DNA from: Vicinamibacteria bacterium
Lineage (GTDB): Bacteria > Acidobacteriota > Vicinamibacteria > Fen-336
DNA length: 64,000 nucleotides
Assembly: GCA_025994075.1 (NCBI GenBank)
Contig: JAMQGV010000012.1
Location: 21,948 to 85,947, forward strand
Direction: 5' to 3'
Part shown: piece after piece, positions 37,550-46,883 of the stretch
How the letters are laid out: every line of letters begins with the position of its first letter
How positions within the stretch are numbered: the stretch's first letter is position 1
Translations under genes and position numbers: made by a program
The notes under the pieces: model-generated
The model's database searches: none
What the model was told of the DNA's origin: nothing
The model's input: the letters and a program-made list of their open reading frames with translations, nothing else

Positions 37550-38148
37550 TCCGCGTCGTGCTCGCCGAGGACCAGGCGATGGTGCTCGGCGCGCTGGCCG
37601 CGCTGCTCGAGATCGAGGCCGATCTCGAGGTCGTCGGCCGCGCCGCCGACGGCGCTCAGGCTCTCGCGCTGTGCGAGGAGCTGCGCCCCGACGTGCTGGT
37701 CACGGACATCGAGATGCCCGGGCTGCCGGGGCTGGAGCTGGCGGCGGCAGTGAAGGCGAAGGGCCTGGCCACGCGGGTGCTGATCCTGACCACGTTCGCT
37801 CGCCCCGGCTACCTGCGCCGTGCGCTGGACGCCGGCGCCTCGGGCTACCTGCTCAAGGACGCGCCCTCGGCGCAACTCGCCGACGCGGTGCGGCGGGTCG
37901 CCGCCGGCCTGCGCGCGGTCGACCCCGAGCTGGCTGCGGAGGCGTGGAGCGAGGCGTGCCCGCTGACCGAGCGCGAGCGCCAGGCGCTGCGCCTCGCCGC
38001 GCTGGGCCGCAGCGCGCCCGACATCGCGGGCGAACTGGGGCTGTCGGAGGGCACGGTCCGCAACTACCTCTCCGAGGCGATCGGCAAGCTGGGGGCGGCC
38101 AACAGGATCGAGGCCGCGCGCATCGCCCGCGACAAGGGCTGGCTGTGA
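37546..38148 (+). CDS. NarL/LuxR-family response regulator
   Basis: REC domain (VLAEDQ...DVLVTDIEMPGLPG) and LuxR-type HTH (ERERQALRLAALGRSAPDIAGELGLSEGTVRNYL). GTGA overlap. Confidence 0.85.
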   Translation: MIRVVLAEDQAMVLGALAALLEIEADLEVVGRAADGAQALALCEELRPDVLVTDIEMPGLPGLELAAAVKAKGLATRVLILTTFARPGYLRRALDAGASGYLLKDAPSAQLADAVRRVAAGLRAVDPELAAEAWSEACPLTERERQALRLAALGRSAPDIAGELGLSEGTVRNYLSEAIGKLGAANRIEAARIARDKGWL

Positions 38149-40502
38149 TCGCGGCGCGGCGCGAGCGGTTGCTGGCCGCGAGCGGCGCGCTCGCGCTGGC
38201 CGCCTTCGCGCTGCGCGAGGCGCTCTTCGGCGGTCGCGCGCTGTTCGAGCGCGACCTGGAGACGCTCTTCTACGGCCGCGCCGAGGTGCTGCGCCGCAGC
38301 GTCGTCGAGGGCGTGCTGCCGCTGTGGAACCCCTTCCCCGCCTTCGGCGAGCCGCTGCTCGCGCTGGGTGTCACCCAGGTGCTCTATCCGCCCGCCTGGC
38401 TGGCGCTGGTCCTGGCGCCGCAAGCCGCGTGGGCCCTCTCGGCCGCGCTGCACCTCGCGTTCACCGGGCTCGGCCTGTTCCTGCTCGCGCGGCGGCTGGG
38501 CCTGTCGACCGCCGCCAGCGGCCTCGCGGCCGCGGCCTGGGCGGGCGGCGACGCGCTGCTCTCGGCGATCAACATGCCGAACCTGCTGACCGGCGCCGCG
38601 TGGCTGCCGTGGGCCGGCCTCGCCGCGACACGACTGGGCTCGCCGCGCGGTCCGCTGTGGCTGGCCGCGGCGCTCGCCGCGCCGCTGCTGGCGGGCTCGC
38701 CGGAGGCGTTCCTGATGTGCGTGGCGGTGGCTCTCGGCGCGGCCGGGCTCGAGGCGACACCGGCCGACGCGCGCCGGCGCCTCGCACGGCTCGGCCTCGC
38801 AGCCGGCCTCGGCCTCGGCCTCGCGGCCGCGCAGTGGGTGCCGACGCTCGCGCTCGCCCAGCGCTCGGCACGGGCGACGCTCGGCGAGCGCGCCCAGGGC
38901 TACTGGTCGCAGCATCCCGCGGGTCTCGCGACGCTGGCGCTGCCTGTCGTCCTCGACGAGCTGCCGCTCGCCGAGCCGTGGCGGCGCGCGCTGTACGAGA
39001 ACCGCGAGCCGTTCCTGCCGTCCATCTACCTGGGCGCTCTCGTGCTCCCGCTGTCGCTGGCCGGGCTGGCGTCGGCGCCGCGCCGGCCGCGCCTGGCGCT
39101 CGCCGCCCTGGCGCTGGGCGCGACGGCCGTCGCGCTCGGCAGGCACCTGCCCGCCTTCGACCTGTGGAGCGGCCTGCCCGGCCTCTCCGGCCTGCGCTTT
39201 CCCTCGAAGGCCCTCGAGCTGGTCGCGTTCGCGCTGGCGCTGCTCGCGGGCTTCGGCCTCGACGCCCTGCGCCGGGCCCGGGCTGTGCGCCTTCGGCAGG
39301 CCGCCGCGGCGACGATGGCGCTGATCGGCCTGCTCGCGCTGTGGGCCGCGCAGCCGGGAGCCGGCGCGTGGCACGCGCTGCTGGTCCCGCCCGAGGCGCT
39401 GGGCCACCCGTGGACGCGGTCGGCCGCCTTCCTCGCGACGCTGCGCGCGCTGGCCGTCGCCGGCGCCGCGGCGCTCGCCGGGGCGGCGCTGGTCCTGCGC
39501 GCGGACCGCCGCGGCGCAGCGGTCGCGCTCGCTGCCGTCGCCGCGCTCGAGGCTGCCGCGAGCGTCGACGGCCTCAACGCCACGGCTTCGGCCGAGGCTT
39601 TCGCGTGGCGCACGCCGGCGCTGGCGCCGGTGCCCGCGGAGCGACCGAACCGCGTCTACGCGATCGACTATCCCGACTCCGAGTCGCTCCGGCTGCTGGG
39701 CCGCTCCAGCTACCGGACGGTGCCGCTCGACGCCCCGGCGGACGGACGGCTGCTGCTCGGCCGGCTCTACCCCGTCGCCGACCTCGGCGCCGGCGCCCTC
39801 GGCCGCGAGGGCTTCCCGCTCGACGTGCCGCAACTGCGCTCCGCCGAGGCGACGCGCTGGCTGCGCAGCCTCGAGCGCAACCTCGCCACGCCCGCGTTCC
39901 CGCGCCTGCTGCGGCTCTCGGGCGCCGACTTCCTGCTCTCGCTGCACGCGCCGGGTCCCGGTTTCACGCCGCTGGCCGAAGCGCGCGGCGTGCACGAGAC
40001 CGTCAAGCTCTCGCGGGTCGAGGACGCCCTGCCACGCGCGTTCGCCGTGGCCGGCGTGCGCCACGCGGAGGGCCAGGCGGCGTTCGACGCCCTGGTCTCG
40101 CCCTCGTTCGACCCGCTCGGCGAGGTGGTGCTGCCACCGGGAAGCCCCGTGGCGCCGGCGCCGGGCGCGCTCGCGGGCGAGGTGAGCGCGCTCGACCTCG
40201 GCCTCGACCGCGTGACGCTCGAGGCGACCCTCGAGCGGCCGGGCCTGGTCGTCCTGCTCGAGGCCTGGGACCCCGGCTGGACGGCGACCGTCGACGGCGT
40301 CCCGGCGCCGCTGCTGCGCGCGAACCTCGTCTTCCGCGCCGTCGCGGTGCCCGCGGGTCGCCACCTGGTGGAGATGCGCTACCGGCCGCGCGAGGTCGTG
40401 CGCGGCCTCGTCCTGTCCGGGCTCGCGATGGCGGCGCTGGTCGCGCTCGCCGCCCGTCGTGCCCGGGTGGCCCCGGGGGCGGGCGAAGCGGCGCGCGGCT
40501 GA
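38145..40502 (+). CDS. Large polytopic membrane protein, YfhO/GT-C-like putative glycosyltransferase (785 aa)
   Basis: ~13 N-terminal TM helices, a large extracytoplasmic domain and a single C-terminal TM helix, the architecture of YfhO-type GT-C enzymes. GTGA overlap with the regulator stop. The family assignment is by architecture only. Confidence 0.45.
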   Translation: MIAARRERLLAASGALALAAFALREALFGGRALFERDLETLFYGRAEVLRRSVVEGVLPLWNPFPAFGEPLLALGVTQVLYPPAWLALVLAPQAAWALSAALHLAFTGLGLFLLARRLGLSTAASGLAAAAWAGGDALLSAINMPNLLTGAAWLPWAGLAATRLGSPRGPLWLAAALAAPLLAGSPEAFLMCVAVALGAAGLEATPADARRRLARLGLAAGLGLGLAAAQWVPTLALAQRSARATLGERAQGYWSQHPAGLATLALPVVLDELPLAEPWRRALYENREPFLPSIYLGALVLPLSLAGLASAPRRPRLALAALALGATAVALGRHLPAFDLWSGLPGLSGLRFPSKALELVAFALALLAGFGLDALRRARAVRLRQAAAATMALIGLLALWAAQPGAGAWHALLVPPEALGHPWTRSAAFLATLRALAVAGAAALAGAALVLRADRRGAAVALAAVAALEAAASVDGLNATASAEAFAWRTPALAPVPAERPNRVYAIDYPDSESLRLLGRSSYRTVPLDAPADGRLLLGRLYPVADLGAGALGREGFPLDVPQLRSAEATRWLRSLERNLATPAFPRLLRLSGADFLLSLHAPGPGFTPLAEARGVHETVKLSRVEDALPRAFAVAGVRHAEGQAAFDALVSPSFDPLGEVVLPPGSPVAPAPGALAGEVSALDLGLDRVTLEATLERPGLVVLLEAWDPGWTATVDGVPAPLLRANLVFRAVAVPAGRHLVEMRYRPREVVRGLVLSGLAMAALVALAARRARVAPGAGEAARG

Positions 40503-40506
40503 AGGC

Positions 40507-41637
40507 TCAGCCGATCTCGAGCTGCTTCGGCACCCGCGTCAGGTTGCGCGAGCCGGTCTTCGTCACCAGCGCAACGTCCTCGATCCGCACCCCGCCGAGG
40601 CCGAGGTAGTACAGGCCCGGCTCCACCGTGACGACGTGGCCGGCCTGCAGCACGTCGGGCCGCTTGCCGATCGAGGGCGCCTCGTGGATCTCGAGGCCCA
40701 GGCCGTGGCCGGTGCCGTGGAAGAAACCCTGCATCCGGCCGTCCTTCACGCCCGTGCGGTAGCCGCGCGACTCGAACAGCGCCTGGATCGCCTGGTGGAT
40801 GTCGTTGCCGGCGGCACCCGGCTTCACCCGCGAGTGGCCGAGCTTCACGCCCTCGTGGACGAGCGCGTAGACCTCCTTGAGCCGCTCCGAGGCGCGGCCG
40901 CGCACGACGGTGCGGGTCATGTCGCCGAAGTAGCCGGTCGACTCCGAGCGCGGGAAGATGTCCATCACCACCGGCTGGTTCGCGCGGATCGGGCCGTGGC
41001 CGACCTCGTGCGGGTCGACCGCCTCGTCGCCCGGCGCGCAGATCGTCCGCGCCGGCATGCAGCCAAGGGCGAGGATGCGCTGGTTGACCACGATGCGCAG
41101 GTCGTCCGCCGTGAAGCGGCGGCCGTCCCGCCGCAGGTACCCGTCGCGGCCGATCGCGCAGGCGCGCAGCGCCTCGATGCCGGCCTGGAGCCCCGCCTCG
41201 GCGGCGCGCAGCGAGGCCTCGATCGCGCGCACCTCGTCGGGCCGCTTGAGCGCACGCTCTGGCCAGAACGGCTCGGGCGCCGGCACGCAGTCGATCCCGC
41301 GCTGCGCGAGTTCGTGTGCGAGGCCGAGCGGGAACTGGCGCGGCACCCGCGCCCGCTTCACCCGCAGCTTGCGCAGCACCAGCGCGATCACGTCCGCGAC
41401 CGGCGCCTGTCCGCGCGGCTCCAGTTTCCGCGCGAACTCCATCCACGCCAGCACCCGGCAGTCGCGGGCCGTGGCGCGGGCGCGGTCGAACTCGAGGTCG
41501 CTGGCGGTGATCGTGCGCTCCCCCCGGACCTCGACGAACAGGAACGGGTCCGGGGCCATGAAGCCGGTCGCGTACAGCAGGTCGGCGTCGTGCTCGGAGG
41601 CAGCGTAGTGGAGGCGGGCGTCGGGCAGCTTCTTCAT
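40507..41637 (-). CDS. M24-family Xaa-Pro aminopeptidase/creatinase-like peptidase
   Basis: Start MKKLPDARLHY. Pita-bread fold motifs (HGTGHGLGLEIHE, VEPGLY). Confidence 0.8.
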   Translation of the reverse strand: MKKLPDARLHYAASEHDADLLYATGFMAPDPFLFVEVRGERTITASDLEFDRARATARDCRVLAWMEFARKLEPRGQAPVADVIALVLRKLRVKRARVPRQFPLGLAHELAQRGIDCVPAPEPFWPERALKRPDEVRAIEASLRAAEAGLQAGIEALRACAIGRDGYLRRDGRRFTADDLRIVVNQRILALGCMPARTICAPGDEAVDPHEVGHGPIRANQPVVMDIFPRSESTGYFGDMTRTVVRGRASERLKEVYALVHEGVKLGHSRVKPGAAGNDIHQAIQALFESRGYRTGVKDGRMQGFFHGTGHGLGLEIHEAPSIGKRPDVLQAGHVVTVEPGLYYLGLGGVRIEDVALVTKTGSRNLTRVPKQLEIG

Positions 41638-41879
41638 GGTGGGTCGGCGGGTCCGGGCGCGGGCGCGGCCGCAAGGGGGCGCCCGAGCGTCAGCAGCAGG
41701 GCCAGGCCGCAGATCCCCGCCGCGTAGTGGAAACGGTCGCGCCACGGGTCCCACCACTCGCGCGAGTGGGCCGCGGCCAGGCAGGCGAACAAAGCGACGA
41801 GCGGCAGCACGCGCCAGTCGCGGCGCCGCACGAAGTCGACGAGCGCGGTCGCGGTGGCGGCGAGGAAGAACGCGGTCAC
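41634..41879 (-). CDS. Small hypothetical membrane protein (81 aa)
   Basis: GTG start overlapping the Mo-enzyme stop. Two predicted TM helices. Stop overlaps the M24 ATG. Confidence 0.3.
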   Translation of the reverse strand: MTAFFLAATATALVDFVRRRDWRVLPLVALFACLAAAHSREWWDPWRDRFHYAAGICGLALLLTLGRPLAAAPAPGPADPP

Positions 41880-43939
41880 GCCGGGGCGATCTCGACCAGC
41901 GCGTCGTAGAAGACGGGGCCGCCGCCCATGTCGGTCAGCTCCTGGCTGGTGACCGCGTTGGCGTTGCGGCCGCCGGGGCACAACTTCGGCCACCAGATCG
42001 ACAGCCCGACCACGAGGCCGCGCCGGGCGGCGTCCGAGACCCGCGCCTTCGCCTCGAACGCGCCGCGGTCGTTCCAGACGCGGATCGGCTCGCCGTCGCG
42101 GATGCCGCGGGCCGCGGCGTCGTCGGGGTGGATCGTCAGGAACGGCTCGCTCTCGCGGCGCACGAACGTGGGCTGCGCCGAGAAGGTCGAGTTCAGGAAG
42201 TGGTGGGCGGGCGGCGAGATGAACGCGAGCGGGTAGCGCTTCGCCAGCTCCGGGTTGGTGACCGGGCTTTCCCGGGGCGGCACGTAGCCCGCGAGCGGGT
42301 CGAGCCCGCTCGCGGCGAGCGAGGGCGCCAGCAGCTCGCACCTGCCCGACGGCGTCGGAAAGCCTCCCTCGGCGAACGGAGCCCACTCGGCGGGCACCGA
42401 CAGCCGCGCGCGGCCCTGCCTCTTCAGGCGGTCGAAGTCGAGCCCGGCGAGCCGCGGGTCGTCCCAGTCGAGGGCCCGGCGCGCGAGGTCCTCGTCGGAC
42501 TCGAAGAAGCAGGGGTCGTCGAGGCCCATCGCCCGCGCCAGGCGGCGGAACAGCTCCGTGTTGGAGACCGCCTCGCCCAGCGGCGCGATCGCGGCCTTGC
42601 TCCACGAGAGGTAGAGGTGGCCGTAGGCCTTGTGCAGGTCGTCGTGCTCGAGCGTCGTCGTCGCCGGCAGCAGGTAGTCGGCGTAGTCGGCGGTGTCGGT
42701 CTGGAACAGGTCGTGGACGACGACGAACAGGTCCTCGCGGGCGAGCCCCTTCAGCACCTGTTCCTGCTCGGGCGCGACGGCCGCGGGATTCGAGTTGTAG
42801 ACGAACAGCGCCTTGACCGGCGGGTCGACAAGGGGGTCGTTCAGCAGCCGCCCGAGCAGGCTCATGTTCAGTGTGCGGGTGCCGGGCGGGCTCAGGTCAG
42901 GCCGCTCGAGCGCGTCGGTGCGCACCGGGAACGTGCCCGAGGTGGAGAGCAGGGCGCCGCCGCCGACGTCCCGCCAGGCGCCGGTCACGGCCGGCAGGCA
43001 GGCGACGGTGCGCACGGCCATGCCGCCGCCCGCGTGGCGGTTGAGGCCGTAGTTGAGGCGGATCGCGGAGGGGCGGGTCGTCGCGTACTCGCGGGCGAAG
43101 GCCTCGATCGCGGCGGCCGCGACGCCGGTCTCGCGCCCGGTGCGCTCCGGGTCCCACTCGCGGGCGCGGGCCTCCAGCTCGGCGTGGCCCGTCGTGTACC
43201 GCTCGAGGTAGTCGCGGTCGGCGAGGCCGTCGCGGAAGATGACGTGCATCATCCCGAGCGCGAGCGCCGCGTCGGTGCCCGGCCACGGCGCGAGGTGCAG
43301 GTCGGCCTTCTCCGCGGTCCTGGAGCGGTACGGGTCGATCACGACGAGCCGCGCACCTGCCCGCCGCGCGCGCTCGACGAACGGCCACAGGTGCACGTTG
43401 GAGCTGACGACGTTGGCGCCCCAGGCGACGATCAGCCGCGCGCGGCCGAGCTGCTCCGGGTCGAGGCCGATCGAGCGCCCGATCGTCGCCTTCCAGCCGG
43501 CGGCGCCCGCCGAGGCGCAGATGGTGCGGTCCAGCTTGCTGGCCCCGATCGCGTGGAAGAAGCGGCGGTCGAGGCTGCCGTACGAGAGCAGGCCCATGTT
43601 GCCGGCGTACGAGTAGGGCAGGATCGACTGCGGCCCGTGCTCGCGGGCGAGCTCCGAGAGCCGCTGCGCGATCTCGGACAGCGCGCGCTCCCAGCTCACC
43701 CGCTCGAAGCGGCCTTCGCCCTTCCTGCCCACCCGCTTCATCGGGAACAGCACGCGGTCCGGCGCGTACACGCGCTCGAGGTAGTGGTTCACCTTCGCGC
43801 ACAGGAAGCCCTGGGTGAAGGGGTCGTCGGGGTCGCCGCCGAGCGAGGTGGCGCGGCCGCCTTCGACGGTGACGGCCATCGAGCAGGTGTCCGGGCAGTC
43901 GTGGGGGCACACGACCTTCAGCACGCGGCGCTGCAGCAT
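41876..43939 (-). CDS. Molybdopterin (bis-MGD) oxidoreductase with N-terminal 4Fe-4S motif, cytoplasmic
   Basis: Start MLQRRVLKVVCPHDCPDTCSM (C-x2-C-x3-C). Molybdopterin oxidoreductase and molydop_binding domains. No Tat signal. Confidence 0.8.
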   Translation of the reverse strand: MLQRRVLKVVCPHDCPDTCSMAVTVEGGRATSLGGDPDDPFTQGFLCAKVNHYLERVYAPDRVLFPMKRVGRKGEGRFERVSWERALSEIAQRLSELAREHGPQSILPYSYAGNMGLLSYGSLDRRFFHAIGASKLDRTICASAGAAGWKATIGRSIGLDPEQLGRARLIVAWGANVVSSNVHLWPFVERARRAGARLVVIDPYRSRTAEKADLHLAPWPGTDAALALGMMHVIFRDGLADRDYLERYTTGHAELEARAREWDPERTGRETGVAAAAIEAFAREYATTRPSAIRLNYGLNRHAGGGMAVRTVACLPAVTGAWRDVGGGALLSTSGTFPVRTDALERPDLSPPGTRTLNMSLLGRLLNDPLVDPPVKALFVYNSNPAAVAPEQEQVLKGLAREDLFVVVHDLFQTDTADYADYLLPATTTLEHDDLHKAYGHLYLSWSKAAIAPLGEAVSNTELFRRLARAMGLDDPCFFESDEDLARRALDWDDPRLAGLDFDRLKRQGRARLSVPAEWAPFAEGGFPTPSGRCELLAPSLAASGLDPLAGYVPPRESPVTNPELAKRYPLAFISPPAHHFLNSTFSAQPTFVRRESEPFLTIHPDDAAARGIRDGEPIRVWNDRGAFEAKARVSDAARRGLVVGLSIWWPKLCPGGRNANAVTSQELTDMGGGPVFYDALVEIAPA

Positions 43940-43949
43940 CCCTTCGATC

Positions 43950-46883
43950 CTAACCCCGCGACCGCGCCGGCCCCGAACGCGCGAGGCGCTTCGCCGCAGC
44001 CGGCTTGCGCCGCGCGCGGGCGGCGACCGCACGCGGGCGCTTGCGGGCCAGCTCCTGCAGCAGCTCGGCCGCGGGCATCGCCTCGCCCAGCAGGAAGCCC
44101 TGAACCTCCTCGCAGCCGTGGCGGGCCAGGAAGCGGAGCTGGCGGCCGTTCTCGACGCCTTCGGCCACCACCCGCAGCTTGAGCGAGTGGGCCATGCGCA
44201 CGACGGCGGAGACGATCGCCGCGTCGTCGGCATCACCCGGAACGCCGGCCACGAACGAGCGGTCGATCTTGACGGTGTCGATGGGCAGCCGTTTCAGATA
44301 CGACAGCGAGGAGTGCCCGGTGCCGAAGTCGTCGACGGCCGCGCGGATGCCGCGCTCGCGCAGCGCGCTCAGCACCTCGACCGTGGCCGCCACGTTCTGC
44401 ATGGCCAGGCTCTCGGTGATCTCCAGTTCCAGAAGCCGCGGGTCGGCTCCGCTCTCGGACAGCGCACGATCGACCGAGCGCACGAGGTCCTGGCGCTGGA
44501 ACTGGCGCGGCGAGAGGTTGACCGCGATGCGAAGCCCGCCCGCCACCCGCGACAGCCGCGCGAGCGTGGCGCACGCCTCGCGCAGCACCCACTCGCCGAT
44601 CGGCACGATCAGGCCCGACTCCTCGGCGACCGGGATGAACTCCGCCGGCGGCACCAGCCCGCGGCCCGCGACCCGCCAGCGCAGCAGCGCCTCGGCGCCG
44701 ACGACCCGGCGCCGCTTCAGCTCCACGAACGGCTGGTAGCGCAGCTCGAACTCGCCGCGCTCCAGCGCCTGGCGCAGCGCGTTCTCCAGGTTGAGCCGCT
44801 CCTGGGCGCGCACCGTCATCGCCCGCGTGAAGAGCTGGTAGTTGGAGCGGCCCGCCTCCTTCGCGCGGTACATCGCGTTGTCGGCGTTCTTGAGCAGGGT
44901 CTCGGTGTCCTGGCCGTCGTCGGGATACAGGCTGATGCCGATGCTGGCCTGGACGTGCAGCCGGTGCCCGTCGAGCTCGAACGGGGTCGAGAGCGCCTGC
45001 AGCAGCTTCTCCGCGACCTTGGCCGCGTCTTCGGGCTGCGCCAGCGGCTCGAGCAGCAGCGTGAACTCGTCGCCGCCGACGCGGGCCACGGTGTCGCCCT
45101 CGCGCAGGCACGCGGCCAGCCGCCTGGCGACGCCCTCGAGCAGCCGGTCGCCCGCCGAGTGGCCGAGCGTGTCGTTGATCCGCTTGAAGTGGTCGAGGTC
45201 GAGGAACACCACGCCCAGCGTGCGGCCGGTGCGGTGGGCGTGGGCCAGCGCCTGGCTGAGCCGGTCGCGGAACAGCAGCCGGTTGGGCAGCCCGGTCAGC
45301 GTGTCGTGGTAGGCCTGGTACGAGATCAGCTCCTCGGCGGCCTTGCGCTCGGAGACGTCGCGCGACACCGCGACCACCTCGCGCGGCTCGCCGTCGGGGC
45401 CGAAGATCGCCTGGCTCGTGGTTTCGAACCACACGGTCCCGCCGTCCTTGCGCCGCACCCGCCACGTCGTCACCAATGGCTCGGCGCCGAGCAGCCGCTG
45501 GCGCTCCTGGGCGAGCCGCTCCACCTCCTCCTCGTGCACGAAGGCGGCTGGCGTACGCCCGACCATCTCCTCCGGCTCGTAGCCCAGCAGCCGGCGGCAG
45601 GCCGGGGACGCGTAGAGGATGGTCCCGTCCGGAGCCTGGCGCGAGATCAGGTCGGTCGAGTTCTCCGTCATCAGGCGGTAGCGTTCTTCGGAGGTGCGCA
45701 GCGCCTCCTCGGCGAGCCGCCGGTCGGTGACGTCGCGCTGGGTGCCCCAGGCCCGGGTCAGGCGACCGTCCTCGACGACGCCCACCAGGTTGTTGAGGCG
45801 GTGGCGCACGCCGCCGTCCGCGCCGCGCTCCAGCGTCTCGCCGTCGGCGAGGCGCAGGCCGCCGTCGAAGAAGCGGGCGATCAGGGCGCGGCCGCGAGCC
45901 TCGCGCAGCGGCAGCACGTCGGCCAGCCGCCGCCCCAGCACCTGCTCCCCGCTCTCGCGGTCGTGATGGCGGGCGAACGCCTCGTTGCACTCGGCGAGGT
46001 AGGCGCGGTCGAGGAAGGCTTCGACGCGGGACTCGAGCGGCCCCTCGAGCGCGACCGGCGGCAGCAGCTCGCAGCGCCAGATGCCCTCGGTGGAGTGGTC
46101 GACGAAGGCCCGGTAGCGCTCGCGGCCCTGGCGCAGCGCGTCCTCGGTGATGCGGCGCTCGGTGACGTCGACGTCCATGCAGCACACGGCGGGGGCGCCG
46201 GCGAAGGCGGGCAGCGGGAACATGCTCGAGTGCACGAAACGCAGCGCGTGGTCCCTGCGCCGCACGGTCCACTCGTTGGGAGGCTCGGCCTCGCCGGTCG
46301 CCAGCAGCCGCGCGATCAGCGCCTCGAACTCCTCGCGATCTTCGGGGCGGATGATCAGCTCCTGCATGCGCTGGCCCAGCGCTTCCGCGGCGGTCCAGCC
46401 GTAGAGCGCCTCGGAGGCCGGGTTCCACAGCCGCACCCGCCCCTCCGCGTCGTAGATCTGGACCGCGACCGACGGCGTGTGGGTGACGATCGCCTCGAGC
46501 GCGCCGCGCAACCCGGCGCTGTCACGCTCGGCTTCGACCTGGCGCGTGACGTCTTCGACCACGGCGTCCACCCAGGCCGGCCGCCCGCGGGCGTCGCTGG
46601 CCAGGGCCGCGTGGGTCTCGACCCAGGCGCCGCTGCCGTCGGGACGCACCAGCCGCGCCCGCTGGCCGGTCGCGGTGCCGAGAGCCGTCACCCGCTCCAT
46701 GAGCTTGCGTGGCTCCTCGGGGTCGAGGTGGACCGCCGCCAGTCCCTGCTCGCGCGCCTCGTCCAGGGTGGCGAAGCCGAAGAGCGCGAGCGCCGCGGGG
46801 TTCGCGAACACGAGCCGCCCCCCGAGGTCGGCGCGCCAGACGCCGAGGGGCAGGTGCTCGACCAGGTCGCGCGGTTCCTTCAT
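43950..46883 (-). CDS. Multi-PAS GGDEF-EAL protein (c-di-GMP turnover)
   Basis: Start MKEPRDLVEHLPLG. Three PAS/PAC modules, an intact GGDEF, and an EAL domain (EALLRW, DDFGTG). Confidence 0.85.
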   Translation of the reverse strand: MKEPRDLVEHLPLGVWRADLGGRLVFANPAALALFGFATLDEAREQGLAAVHLDPEEPRKLMERVTALGTATGQRARLVRPDGSGAWVETHAALASDARGRPAWVDAVVEDVTRQVEAERDSAGLRGALEAIVTHTPSVAVQIYDAEGRVRLWNPASEALYGWTAAEALGQRMQELIIRPEDREEFEALIARLLATGEAEPPNEWTVRRRDHALRFVHSSMFPLPAFAGAPAVCCMDVDVTERRITEDALRQGRERYRAFVDHSTEGIWRCELLPPVALEGPLESRVEAFLDRAYLAECNEAFARHHDRESGEQVLGRRLADVLPLREARGRALIARFFDGGLRLADGETLERGADGGVRHRLNNLVGVVEDGRLTRAWGTQRDVTDRRLAEEALRTSEERYRLMTENSTDLISRQAPDGTILYASPACRRLLGYEPEEMVGRTPAAFVHEEEVERLAQERQRLLGAEPLVTTWRVRRKDGGTVWFETTSQAIFGPDGEPREVVAVSRDVSERKAAEELISYQAYHDTLTGLPNRLLFRDRLSQALAHAHRTGRTLGVVFLDLDHFKRINDTLGHSAGDRLLEGVARRLAACLREGDTVARVGGDEFTLLLEPLAQPEDAAKVAEKLLQALSTPFELDGHRLHVQASIGISLYPDDGQDTETLLKNADNAMYRAKEAGRSNYQLFTRAMTVRAQERLNLENALRQALERGEFELRYQPFVELKRRRVVGAEALLRWRVAGRGLVPPAEFIPVAEESGLIVPIGEWVLREACATLARLSRVAGGLRIAVNLSPRQFQRQDLVRSVDRALSESGADPRLLELEITESLAMQNVAATVEVLSALRERGIRAAVDDFGTGHSSLSYLKRLPIDTVKIDRSFVAGVPGDADDAAIVSAVVRMAHSLKLRVVAEGVENGRQLRFLARHGCEEVQGFLLGEAMPAAELLQELARKRPRAVAARARRKPAAAKRLARSGPARSRG

